Source: Phyllosticta citribraziliensis
Lineage: Eukaryota
Direction: 5' to 3'
NCBI RefSeq assembly: GCF_038025025.1
Contig: NW_027117338.1
Span: forward strand, 2,108,001 to 2,172,000
DNA: 64,000 nucleotides
Below are positions 1-12,065 of this stretch, piece after piece. The position numbers and the translations under genes are program-made. Below the pieces are notes generated by a model. It had not been told where the DNA came from. It searched no databases and saw only the letters and a list, made by a program, of their open reading frames with translations. Numbering within the stretch: the first letter of the stretch is position 1; every line of letters starts with the position of its first letter.

Positions 1-90
1 CTTCACAGACCAGCTTTGACTCACCTCACCCTATCTCGCCCAAAACACCCCACCAAATCCACCGCACTCATGGCTTGAAAACAACACTCA

Positions 91-1500
91 CTAAGCATCT
101 GCAGCCACCACGGTAGCAGCTTCGGGCCCACTCTGGCGCGATGCCGCCTCCTGAGCAGCACTCGCACCATTCTCTCCAGCAGCAGCAGCCGCGCCATTCG
201 CACTCGCAGCGGTGCTGGCTCTCCTCCTCCCACGCAATTCAGTCTCCAACTCTCTTATTCTCTTGCGCAGGAGCTCGTTTTCCCGCTTCGCCTCTTCAAG
301 CTCCTGCCGATGCAGCGCCGTCTCCTCGAATCGGCTCAGATGGCCACCACCAACACTGCCTCCTCCCGAAACACCCAGACTGGGGCTCCGCGCGAGCGCT
401 ACGCCGCCCGCGTACGTTGAGCTGCTGGCGCTGCTGCTGTCAAGTCCCGGAGTGCTTCCCGTTGTTGCTGCCGATGTTGGTGCGCCGGTGGCGTTGTTGG
501 AGTTGGACGTGGAGCTGCCGCCCGGCGACGAAATAGAATAGCGGTGATGCTGCTGGCCGCCAGTGTGTACGCCCACCAGCCCGGCCCCAGCAACCGGACC
601 AGCGCCGCCGCCGACGTTGTGGCTGAGAGTTGGGGGAGCCGCAGACGCGCCCGATCTCGACACGCTGCTGGACGAGCGGTCGCGCGAGCGCCGCGACGCT
701 GTGCCCGAGGGGTGCGTTGGCCCCGTGAGCGCACCGGCATGGTGCGCTGCTCCCGTGCTCAGTGGGTCGCCTGTTGCCTCGAAAAGGGGAAAGGGCGTCC
801 CTGCCGATGCGGGCGGGAGGAGATGTGCGTGACTGCCTTGCAAAGAAGCCGAAGTGCTCATGCTCGAGACAGACGTTGTGCTGGCTACAGAGGCCGAGTG
901 GGCGCGGAGCGCAGAGAGTTCGCGGGTTAAACGGTTTACCTAGGGCTTTGTTAGACATTGACATTTTGATGGTGCGGCAGAAGTGGGTAGAGACGGTCGC
1001 AGAGGAAGAATTGCACTAGAAAAAGAGCAAATACTCACAACGGCCTCCTGTTCCAACTCCAATTCGTGGTGCAGCTCCGCCGCCGTGAGCGGCCGCGGAT
1101 GCCTCATGGGCACACCCGTATCCATTTCGGGACCCGCGCCTGATCCAGTTCTGGCCCTGCCATTCAAAGCGGCTGCGGACGTAGACGACATATTCGGGCT
1201 CAGCGGCGGAAAGGGTGCGTATGTTTGTTGGGTTTGTGGGTGTGGATGTGCGGCGGACGAAACGTTGGAATGGTGGCCAAGGGGAAGCGGGGGTGGGTTC
1301 ATGGGAGAGAGTTGCGATGTTCGGCGGGAGTGATTTGGCGACGAGCGGTTCGAGGCGCTTCTACTTGTGCTGTTGCGGGACGATGATGTGGTGGGCTGCT
1401 GAGACGTCGCCAAGTGGTGGTTGTTTTGGGCTTGTTGGTGGCCGGAGGTCGTCGCCGATGACGAAGTAGCCGTGCCCAAGGAATTTAGGTCGGGAGCCAT
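91..1500 (-). CDS. Conserved fungal low-complexity protein with two coiled-coil segments (2 exons: 1500-1039, 939-91)
   Basis: A GTGAGT donor at 1038 and a TAG acceptor at 940 join the ORFs 940..1500 and 91..861 in frame, giving ...ELELEQEAV|VNRLTRELSALR.... The C-terminal coil reads ELEEAKRENELLRKRIRELE. Confidence 0.8.
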
Positions 1501-2115
1501 GGCGCTTGCGTAGGCGGCGCCTCGTTGTGAGCCGGGGAGGGATCGTGGAGGGTGACGGCAGCAAGTGTGGTGTTGGATTGGTTTGCGTGGTTGCGGGGAG
1601 GACGGAAGTGAGCAATGCAGATAGCTGGCTGGCCGCCCACCCAGGGTCCCTCCAGGCTATTTTGACTATGACGACCTGACGCAGCCACAAATGACACATG
1701 AAGCTTGAGCTTACTATTTCAATTTTCCTACTTATGAGCAAACATGACATCCTTCCTTCGTCCAATGTTCTCTGCGAACCGCACACCACTGGCGCCCAGT
1801 TGCTAGGCAGGCTCCGCCACTAGCTATGTTTGCTTGCTCATCCCCCTTGCCTGCCTGCCTGCCTGCCTGTTTAAACGCCTATTCGTGATGCACTCGACGC
1901 CCACCCCTATGTGAACCGCCCTTGCGCCCAAGCGGTGCCCCGCTTGCGATCCTCCAAGAATCAAGCCCTCGCCTTGGTGACGTACGCAACATCTCAACCC
2001 GAGGCCAGAGTGCGCTCCGAAATGCTGGGCGTGCGCTTGGAAACACAATGTCCCCTCGTCCTCCCCAGATGCGTCAAGCTTTTTTTTTCTTCTCTCGTCG
2101 TCGTTGGCACCGTGT

Positions 2116-3656
2116 CTAATACGTCCTGGACAGGTTGCGGAGGTACCAGTCTACGAGCCTGCGGCCAACCTTGGCCTCCGACACATGGATGAGGTCCTAC
2201 CAAAATTAGCATTTTGCCGAGCTTTTTTCATGTAGCGAAACTTACACCCTCCATGGCATAGTCCAAGTCGCTGCTGTTGACGACATCGCCGTCAAGCAGG
2301 CCACCTTCGCTCCACCTGACCTGCCTGCTCCTTTGCTTGTTGACCAGCAGCCAGCACCGCAGCTTCTCTGGCTCAACGTCCAAAAAGCCGGCGAGTTTCT
2401 TAAGATCCATGGTCGTGTAGAGCTTGAGGTAGCTCTTGACTGTGGGGGACCACATGTTGTTCTTGACCTCCTCCATGAAAATGCGGCAGTGGTGGTCGAT
2501 GGGGTCGACGTTGACCTCTGGGTTGTCAAAGTCGGGCGGCGTGGGCGAGATGAACTTGGGGCAAGCCTGGCGGAAGAGCTCCTCAAAGAGAGGGAGCGCC
2601 TCGGGACCGCCGCGCTGGAGGCGGTTGAACTGCTCGCCGTACTTCTCGCGCAGAGCAGTGTGGATCGTGTCATCGAGCCTCGTGGGGTGGAACGCGACGC
2701 AAATGGCAATGAGCGCATACATCTGGTCGTTCTTCTTGGTGATCGAGTCGTACTGCGCGTTCTTCTGGAAGTTCTTGGTCCTCGAGACGTAGACGAGGAT
2801 GTGGCTGAACATGCGAATGGCATCGGCGTAGCGGCGCATCATCATGTAGGAGAATCCGACATAGTAGTAGGTCGTAAAGTGGGCAGCCATGACGCGCGCG
2901 AACATGGCCTTCTTGTTGAGCTCAATGTCGTCCAGGGTCTTCAAAGCCAGGCTAAAGTCTCCGAGCAGACAGTGGACGCGGAGGAGACCAATGATGGAAA
3001 AGTAGCCAAGCATCTTGTAAAGAGGACGGTTGCCGTACTCGCCAGCGTACAGAGCCGGGTCCTCGCCGCGCTTCATGGCGGCAAGCTGCTCGCTGATCTG
3101 AGACCGCTGGATCAGCGAGTACAGGACGTTGAGCACGCTGTAGCAGCCCCACGTGTTGGGGTTCTCCCGGAGCAGCTGAATCTCATCCCCATTGTCTCCC
3201 TTGAGCGCGACCCTTTGTCTGTAGCTGCAGAAGCTGTTGAATTGGTAGATGAACTCGTCAATCACGTCCCAGGCCCAGTAGTACTGCATGTCGAGTCAGC
3301 TCCAGTGGCTTGCGGCCATTGATCCAAGCGCTGCTTACGTTGGGAACCTCGAGGTCCACGGGGCCGTCCGAGTTCAAGATGTAGTGGAAGAGGCTGCAGT
3401 AGTTGTCGTAGCTGGCGAACTTGGTCTCGAGCGTAGCCTGGTACTCGAGGGGCGTCGCGGCGGCGGCAAGCTGCGCGTGGATGTCCTGTCCACCCATTGA
3501 AGATACGCGGTCAAGGCCCTCCATGCCGTCGTCGTACTGGACCTGCTCTTTGTAGTCGTTGGCGAGCGCCTCCTCCTCGACGTCCGAGTCATCGTCGTGG
3601 ACCCGGACGGGGGCGTCCCCTTGTTGTTGGGGCGGAACAGCCTGGCGCAAGCTCAT
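2116..3656 (-). CDS. eIF3L: Eukaryotic translation initiation factor 3 subunit L (Paf67 domain); introns 3284-3338 and 2197-2245
   Basis: Typical eIF3L motifs YWAWDVIDEFIYQF, LGYFSIIGLLRVHCLLGDF and ACPKFISP. The last exon reads DLIHVSEAKVGRRLVDWYLRNLSRTY*. Both introns are GT-AG. Confidence 0.95.
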
Positions 3657-3926
3657 CTTGGGCGTGTTGGTCGAAGGGAGGGAGGTGGGTGAGATGGGCC
3701 GGTGCGAGGTGGAGCGTGGGTGTTGGCGGCAACGCGTCTCGGCGAGGTGATGAATTTCCGCTTTTTCGCTTGCGGTGCGGATGCGGAAGACTGCTCTATC
3801 GATAAGATCCGGCGGGGAGACCTTACCATTATTTGAAGCACCCCGCGCCCATGACTACTGCGGCCATTTGCATTCGTGAAAAGTCTTTGTTCTCTGCTCT
3901 GCAGTATCTGCTGCGCTCGCTTCACC

Positions 3927-4967
3927 ATGGCCTCCACGTTCAAAGTCGCCGTGATTCAGCTTCATCCCAAGGTCTGCAACGTGATCCCAAGCCCCGTCAT
4001 AGCTCAACCCCACTTATGCCACATTATAGCCCTTCCAAATTGAACAAAACTTCAATAAAGCCGCTGGATTTGTGAAAGCGGCGGCTGCGCAAGGTGCCAA
4101 GCTGGCCGTCTTGCCCGAGTACCACTTGACCAATTGGATCCCAAAAGACGAGAAATTTCTCCCCCTCTGCGACCAGTGGGAGACGTATCTCAAAAAGTAC
4201 CAAGCCCTGGCAAAAGAGTTTGGGATTTGCATCGTACCAGGGACGATTGTGGAGAGGCATCGAGACGCTGTAAAAGAAGAAGACAAGCTCCTGAACGTAG
4301 CTTACTTCATTGACCACCGCGGTGAAATTTTGGGGAAATATGTCAAGAAGAATCTTTGGGGGCCCGAACGCGAACACCTGACCTCTTCTGGTCGAGACGT
4401 GCATGATGTGTTTGATACACCACTCGGCAGAGTTGGCATGCTCGTCTGCTGGGATCTCGCGTTTCCAGAGGCAAGTATTTGACTCCATCGTATTCGGATT
4501 ACTCTAACTATTCCAGGCATTCCGTGAACTCATTTCTCAAGGAGCCAAAATCATCATCATCCCGTGTTTCTGTCAGTCTTGACTAAGGCTTCTCTTTGGA
4601 AACGAAAGCTTACACAGCCCCAGGGACCCTGTATGATTGCTCGCCAGCTGGTCTTGCGCGCAATCCCTCTTCAGAATCCCTCTTTTTGGACTCGACTCTC
4701 ACTTCACGCGCCTTTGAGAACACCTGCGCAATCATTTTTGCGAACGCCGGAGGTCCTCCCGGCAAGGGGTACGCGGGCGTCTCGCAAGTTACCGTACCCT
4801 ATGTGGGGCCAATTGCGCGGTTGGGAAGTGCAGCAGAGGGCATGTGCGTTGTTGATCTGGACATGTCCATCGTCGAGGATGCAGAGCAAAATTACAGGAT
4901 TCGTGAGGATCTGGCAAGGCATGATTGGCATTATGATTACAGGCATAGTGCAAAAGAAAAGCTGTGA
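3927..4967 (+). CDS. Carbon-nitrogen hydrolase (nitrilase superfamily); introns 3972-4029, 4471-4516 (GC-AG), 4572-4623
   Basis: The Glu-Lys-Cys catalytic triad is present: VLPEY, YVKKNLW and VCWDLAFPE. The N-terminus reads MASTFKVAVIQL. Splicing restores one continuous frame. Confidence 0.92.
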
Positions 4968-5065
4968 GCATACTCAATCGAGGGCTCTGTTCATCGATGG
5001 ATTCTAGACAATCAAGTCAAAGGAGTTGCAAGCCTCTTTTGAATCTTTGATCCGCACCACACCAA

Positions 5066-5283
5066 CACAGTGGGTGTCGAAAGAAATGCGACAGACCTCC
5101 TGGCAATATGAGTGCACTTAGGGAGCATTCATCTGCTGCTATAGTCGCGCCCAAGGAGCATTCATCTACTATTATAGTCACGCTTAGGGAGCATTCATTT
5201 ACTGCTATAGTTGTGCTTAGGAAGCATTCATGTGCTGCCACAGTTAGACCTAGGGTGTCTCATTTCTTTCTTCACCCACTGTG
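5066..5283. mobile_element. Non-autonomous DNA transposon (MITE), copy 1, 218 bp, CACAGTG...CACTGTG ends, 4-bp TSD CCAA
   Basis: Left end CACAGTGGGTGTCGAAAGAAATGCGACA; reverse complement of right end CACAGTGGGTGAAGAAAGAAATGAGACA. CCAA lies at both 5062-5065 and 5284-5287. A homologous copy is at 9215-9420. Confidence 0.88.
5117..5248 (+). repeat. 4 x 33-bp tandem repeat inside the MITE (consensus ~CTTAGGGAGCATTCATCTGCTGCTATAGTCGCG)
   Basis: Units start at 5117, 5150, 5183 and 5216. Differences between units are mostly C/T and G/A transitions. Confidence 0.9.
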
Positions 5284-5879
5284 CCAACATAATGGAGATG
5301 ACAAACGTACCAGTGCCAAAGCGACGCTCTGAATGTCTTCCGGGAGTGACGGCCAGCTTGTGAGGAATAGAAAGTTAGGATGGAAACGCTATGGACAGTA
5401 AAAGACGTGGGGCCCAATGCACAGTTTGTGTTTACAAAAATCGCCATTCAGAGATGGGAAGACGCTTCTAATGGCGGCGTAAAGAAAGCAACTCTGGGAT
5501 ACTTGTGAATTAAACATTCTTGGAGGCTCGTGAGTGCCTCCAGCAACAGGACGCCATGCCTGGTCAACGAGGAGCATCCCCGAGATTCAAAGGATCTGTG
5601 GGTCCAAAATCTGTTGTCAGAACCAAAACTCCCAGGTGCACTGAGAATCTCTCCCGGTCCCCGCCTCGAATAACTTGTCGATGTTTGGGCTCTGGCTCAG
5701 CTTCTCTGCTGTGTCCCCCGCGGTCACTAGAATCGTACATTGAAAAACGTACCATGGTGCCTCTTATTTACAGTCTCCCACCTAACCCCGTGTGATAGCC
5801 TTTGTTTTTGTCCCAAATGGCAGCCCAGCCATGAATCTATGTCGCTGATATCCAATTCGAATGCGAGACGAAACCCATC

Positions 5880-6771
5880 TTACAAAGCACCCAACTCCTT
5901 CAGCTTGGCAACCATGCCATCGACGTCCTCGACCTTCTGGCCACCCTGTCTGGTAGGGGGCTCGGTGACCTTGACCGTCTTCAACCGCTGCTTCAGGTCG
6001 ATGCCGTAGTCGTCCAGCGCCTTCTTGACCAACGGCTTCTTCTTCGCCTTCATGATGTTGGGCAGACTGGCGTACCGCGGCTCGTTCAATCGCAGGTCCG
6101 TCGTGATGACCATGGGCAGCTTAGCCTTGACCGTGTCGACACCGCCGTCAACCTCCTTGGTGACCGTCACAGTGTCGTCCTTGATCTCGATCTTGGACGC
6201 CTGCGTGGCCTGCGGCCAGCCCAGCAACCCCGCCAGCATCTGGCCCGTCTGGTTGGCGTCGTCGTCGATGCTCTGCTTGCCGAGGATGACGATGTTGGCC
6301 TTTTCCTGCTCGACCGTCTTTGCCAGGATCTTTGCTACGCCCAGCGGCTCCAGGTTGGCCGTGTCTGCCGCCTCGACGTGGATTCCGCGGTCGGCGCCCA
6401 TGGCCATGGCGGTACGCAGCACGTCTTGCGCCTTGGCCGGTCCCGCACTCCATGCAATGATCTCCTCGACCGGTTGGGCCTTGCGTTCGCGTAGGTGCAC
6501 TGCCTCTTCGACCGACAGCTCATCGAATGGGTTCATGCTGTGCTTGACACCAGCGGTCTCGATGCCAGTTCCGGCCTTGTTGATGCGCGGTTTGATCTAC
6601 AGAGCTAATGTTAATATCCAGTTACTTGAAGTATGAGCGTCCAAAGCCGAAGCCGATGTGAGACGGGTAGACGGCCGAAGCTAGAAGCCGGGAATGCTGT
6701 GTCGGAAAGGCGAGACGAACCGCATAGTCAATGACTCTCTTTACCGGAACCAGAATGCGGAGGTTGGACAT
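5880..6771 (-). CDS. ETFB: Electron transfer flavoprotein beta subunit (Cir1/ETFB); intron 6597-6720
   Basis: MSNLRILVPVKRVIDYA|IKPRINK..., SMNPFDELSVEEA, GKQSIDDDANQTGQMLA, DLRLNEPRYASLPNIMKAKKKP. Confidence 0.96.
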
Positions 6772-7237
6772 GGCGAATGTGGAGGTATACGGATGCCGAA
6801 TGCACGAGAATAGGTGTTCGAAGCGTTGAGAGGCACTGGGATATGAGGACGAGTCCCGCGAGGTTGGCTGGGCGGCGTTGTTGGAAAGTTGCAGTCGGAT
6901 CGTTCCCCGCGAACGAAGCTTGTGATGGATAGCCGAAGGCGGCCGAGCTCGGCCCCTCGCCTTGCGGTTGTCGGACCCAACAAGGTGCTCAGTGCTGTTC
7001 TGATTCTGTTCTTACTCTATTGAAGCTGCAAAACCCAACTCATACCAAACTGCAGAAGCTCATCGTCATGAATGCCTCGCTCCGATGAGCAGAGGCCGGT
7101 ATTACACTACACCCAAAAACAAGCCGACTCCATCATTCGAAGAATACAGGAAAAAAAGATCATCCTTGAAGAAATGCTCAGGGGAAACCCGCAATGCTCT
7201 AATCAGCCGAATCTCGCGCAACAACTCTTGATGCCCT

Positions 7238-8745
7238 CTACCAGTCACTCCAGCCATCCTCCTCCTTCTTCTGAGCTGCACCACCAGGTCCACCCTTCTT
7301 CATAGCTGCTGTGCCGACACTTGTTGGCTTTGGCTTGTTTGAGACATCACCAGCTGCGGCAAACTCGTCCCAGAAGCTCTTCTTGTCCGCGCTGGGTCCC
7401 TTGGGCGCTTCGCCGAACGAATCCCAAAAGTCTCTGCGCTCAGTGTCTGGTCCAGACTTTTTGGCGCCGGAGCCGCGGGGCGCTAACGTATCATCGCCCT
7501 CCACGAAGCGATTGAAGGTCTCTGCAGCATTTTTGGTGGTATGCTGAAAAGTCTGGCCAAGGTCGAGCGCTCTCTGACGAGCTTGCGCTGCGAGATCCGC
7601 TTCTGCTAGCTGTAATTTGGAGTAAATGAGCGCACATCCAGTCAAATGTTCTGCAAAGAACTCACCTTCTCCATGTTTGGCTTCACCCAGCCTTCATATC
7701 CTGTCATGGCAGTCTTTTGAACAGTCGTACTGAACCAGCCAAAGCCCTTGGTCAATGCACCCACTGGATCCTTTTGGAAATCGTCGATACCGGGAACACC
7801 TCCTTGTTGTTGTCTCTCTGGGAAGGGATCGCTGCCAAAGCCTGTGAATTTTCCACCCTGGTTTGGCGGCAGGCCATCGGGCCTGTTGGCGTTTTCCGCG
7901 CCGAGCTGCGCAAAGTATGTCTCGTTCTTTACCTTTGACGACATGGCGTTTGTGCCCAAGCTTGGTGATCCAGATCGCGCTGAGCCTGTTCCATCCACGC
8001 TTCTGTTCACTGGCGTGTGACTCCTGCTCCCGACTGCGCTACCTGGCAACCTCGATCCGCTTGTCTGTGGCTCATGCTTGGTCGGCTTCTTTTCGCTCTT
8101 GGGCTGCGGCACATATTCCTTGCCCTCAACTTTGGCGGTAAGCCTGTCCTTCCACTCTTCGCCAGCTTCGCTGTCATAGCGCTCGTTGATTGTAGAATCC
8201 TCAAAAGTGCGGCCCTCGAGCTCGTTCGAAGCGTGAGCATTGAAAAAGTCTTGCCAGGGTTTGTTGCCACCATTCTTCATGCGAGTAAGCTCGGCAGGCT
8301 TGAATGCGTCCATGGTGATGCTGCGGACGAAGGATATGTGTACGCCAAGGCCTCGATGAATGCCAGAGCATTGGAGGCACATGAAGATTCCAAATTTCGG
8401 AGAAGCCTGTGATCATAGGTCAGCACGACAAGTTATGTCGGGCATGCACTGCGAGACGCGGCGCCTGTTGCATGCGCGAAGCAAAGCCATGGGTTATGGA
8501 GTGGACGCGTACCCATTGTGGACTCGCGGCGTTGCAATCGACGCACTGATTATTGCCATTCGTCTTTTGGATCTCCAGGAGCTATAAGTATCGGCTGTAT
8601 CGTCAGCGACTGTTACTCCTCCGTTGGTCTCTCGCTATCGCGGTGCGCTCAACTAGCAGGAGCCGCCCTGTTCGCGGTGACACTATGACGGCATGGCGCT
8701 CACCTTACTCCTGGTCTCCGGATCAATCTCCCAAGATTTACTCAT
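7238..8745 (-). CDS. GCS1: ADP-ribosylation factor GTPase-activating protein (Gcs1/ArfGAP1), 4 exons
   Basis: MSKSWEIDPETRSK|LLEIQKTNGNNQCVDCNAASPQW|ASPKFGIFMCLQCSGIHRGLGVHISFVRSITMD gives the C4 zinc finger with the catalytic Arg. Also the ALPS-like LTKGFGWFS and the C-terminal GWSDW. Confidence 0.94.
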
Positions 8746-9214
8746 GATTGCGGCGCGGGCGTTTGTTCCGCAGGAGTCGATCTGGAGGGAGGCGGGCGAG
8801 CGAGACTGGAAGAGGTGTCGATTGGGCCAAGTCGGATGTCGCGTGTCGTTGACTTTCCGGGGATGAGGCTCTCACGGCTGAGAGTGGTCAGGGAATGATC
8901 TCGCGTCGAGGGATGTCCAGCGAGAGTGGCTCAAGCGGTGCGAGATGTCGAGGGGGGGGCAGCGCGGTGGATGCTGCAGCTGCTTGGACCGTGCTAAGGC
9001 CGGGGCGCCCAGAGGATATTCAGGCACGCCGACGACACTCCACTTCTCCATCACCGCTATGTCCACAAACCTGTTTCCACCCTCGACGAGCTCTTTTGGC
9101 TCCCACGCCACAGGCGGCTGCATTCCCAATAAACACAGATCTCACCGACAATGAACCGTTTCGCCTAAATCTCTCGTTTTGGATGATCGGAATCGACAAA
9201 CAGGGTGACTTGCT

Positions 9215-9420
9215 CACAGCGGGCGTGGAGAGAGATGAGACCTGGCAATATGAGTGCGTCTAGGGAGCATTCATTCTCTGTGCCGCTGCATTTGAGGAGC
9301 AGTCGTTGTTGACTACAGCTTTGCCTGAGGAACATTCAAATATGCACTGCTGCAGCTAGGGTTAGCAGTCTTTCATGGCAGACAGATCCAGGGAGTCTCA
9401 TTCTATCAACACCCATTGTG
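9215..9420. mobile_element. Same MITE family, degenerate copy 2, 206 bp, 4-bp TSD TGCT
   Basis: Starts CACAGCGGGCGTGG...CCTGGCAATATGAGTGC...TAGGGAGCATTCA, matching copy 1. Ends ...CAGGGAGTCTCATTCTATCAACACCCATTGTG. TGCT lies at both 9211-9214 and 9421-9424. Confidence 0.85.
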
Positions 9421-10484
9421 TGCTCTTCCACCTTCGATCTTGCATTGCTAAAAGGCAGTCGATAGTTGGACAAGGCGCCTTTAAGAAGCACTGCGCAGTG
9501 GCAAGCACGGTACAGTTCTGAATGTTTTAAAGCTGAGTCGAGATCACTCATAATCCATGTGGAATATCTGCACTAGGACCAAACAGAGGCTCGATCTGAG
9601 TTTGATAAAAGAGCATTGCAGGACAGTGGTCGATTAGCAGTGAAATGGCTGAGGAAAACTGCCAAGTTCTTCCAAGCCCCATTCAACACGGTTGAATCCA
9701 TCAACTCCACCTTTTCTCTCAAAGCCCGCCGTGTTGAGCAGGTTCAACATCGACTCTATGAGATTGGATCTACTGGTATCTTTAACTACGGTATCCAGCA
9801 CAGACTTGGAAACGACAGTGAAAGGCTCTGAACAACCAATCGCTTGTTTTTTCCAGATCAAACAACATGCCAAGGGTAGTCGGCGGTCGGAATTTTCGTC
9901 ACCTCCACGGTTATCGCCGGTAACGGCAGGTGCACTATCCAGCGTGCGCCTTGTAAACAACGAAGATCCTACGCCTTCTCTCCCGCTGCGGGACTGCGGA
10001 AGCCTAGTCTCGTTCCATCAATGTCACGTTGGTTGGATGTGGTGTTGGAGACAACGCTCATAGGACCGGTACAATTGCTTAGCACCAGTCAACTTCACTG
10101 AAACTTTGCACAATACATGTAAAGTCGAACCGGCGGCAAAACACGGTCCTACGCCCGCTGTAGGTCTCTGAAAGGATTCCGGGCCGCGACGCTCCAGTCG
10201 TTCAACGTGTAACAGATTACCATTTTGGGAAAGGCCAAAGATGCCTCCTCCTCCTACTAGAGAGGGGGTGTAGCTATACTATTTCCGCAGTAAATGTGTA
10301 CCGAGTTAAGCGCTAGAGTCGGAGAGGGGATTCCGGGAGCGTTTCTCCTGCGATGTCATGTCTTCTAGCCGGGAACTGGAGTATATAAGACCCTGCAGGC
10401 TCAGGCTTTGGCATTACTTCATAACAGCCATTTCCCCTTTGAAGATTCTTCCAGTATCGATCTCAAAAGACACAGCAAACAAAG

Positions 10485-11458
10485 ATGACGACCGAGACAG
10501 GCCGCAGCTATCACAACACCTCGTCGGTGTATTGTCTCCCCAATGAGTAACTATACCCACTTCATCCATCTAGAGCACAGCACAATCTGATTTCTTTGCC
10601 AGCACTGCCGAACAAGACCGCCTCGATATGCAGTCTTCAGCCATCAAGTCCACGCTTGAAGGCCGCGTCACTCTGGCGCCCCTACCTCCCAATCCATCCA
10701 AGATCCTCGACATAGGCTGCGGCACTGGGCACGCTTCTCTCGACATCGCCCGCCAGTACCCCTCGGCCCAAGTCTACGGGTTGGACATCACACCCGTGCC
10801 AGAAAGAGCCGTCTCGCAAGCGCCACCAAACCTGCACTTCCTCACGGGCAACATCTTCGACGTAGACCCCACAGCATTGGCCGGCACACATGAAGGGGGG
10901 GAGCCTTCCTCCCTCGCCACCGCACTCCAACCCTACACCTTCACGCACGTCTTCGCACGCATGATCTTCATGGGCATGAACGACTGGCCGGGCCTCATCT
11001 CGCGGGCCTGCTCACTCCTGGTGCCAGGCGGCTACCTCGAGCTGCAGGAGCTGGACTCCTGGTTCAGCGACGCGAGCGGCGCGCACATTGAGCCCCCCTT
11101 CGAGGAAGCCATAAGCACGGCGGTGCAGGAGCGCGGGATAGACTTCCGGGCCGGCTCGCATGCGGCCGAGAGGCTGCGCGCTGCTGGCTTCGTCGACGTC
11201 GAGGTGCACCGCCGTCCCTGGATCATCAAGGCGCTGCCTGGTGAGCCAGAGTCCGAGATGACGCGCTACGTCTCTCGTGCTATGCCGGCGATGGTGGAGG
11301 AGTTTCTCAGGAAACTTGTCTTGCCGCAGGCGGACCGCTGGGGTGGGGAGGATGTTGTGCAGCAGTGGTTGAGCGGTGCGAAGGATGGGGACATCTTTTC
11401 GATACCGGGCAGCCATGCCGACTACTTTGTTACGATTGGGAGGAAGCCGGAGTCGTAA
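10485..11458 (+). CDS. SAM-dependent methyltransferase, LaeA-like/TAM family; intron 10547-10602
   Basis: GRSYH...YCLPND|TAEQDRLD N-terminus typical of the family, SAM motif ILDIGCGTG, VYGLDI and LLVPGGYLELQE. TATATAA at ~10383. Confidence 0.9.
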
Positions 11459-12065
11459 AGGGAGAACAGTGATTAGGGTAGGACCAGATTGTTTTTTCGC
11501 TACTCGTTGGAAGGTGGGGCAGGACGAGTGAGAGTATTGTCGCTTAACAATCTCATGAGGTGTTGATCGTGACATGAAGCAAATGGAGATTCAGGGGTCT
11601 ACCAGCCTAGCCTGAGCATCTCCGCTGCGCAATAGCAAAATCTCTCTACTATGGCTGTACCTGAAAAACGACAGCTCGCCACAAATTGATAATGGCAATT
11701 CGGTCTATTTGTCGTTACCTTCTGGCGAGGACCAGGCCGCGTACTGTGTGTTAAGACTGGGTGCGCTGGAATGTCAATCAGCCGTCGTACCCGGGGATGC
11801 TTCGCAAAATAAACTTGTCGTTTGTAAGAAAAGCTTTACATTGCAAAAGTGGGAATTTAGTAAATAGTACGACTCCAGGTGAACAAAACACAAGTCTAAT
11901 GCTCTTTGTGTAGTACAACCACCCTACTATCAACTCCACCACCGGTCGCCACGCGTGCGCCCCAGGAGGTATCATGTGTCTCATTTACTGCTACTGGTGC
12001 CGTTTTTCGACGCCGCCCCGTAGCACTGCTGCCTGCCTCGTACGAACAACATCATTCGACCATGC

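Noticed and set aside
5117..5248. CRISPR-like array
   Set aside because: The repeats are contiguous with no unique spacers, lie inside a TIR element, and the context is eukaryotic.
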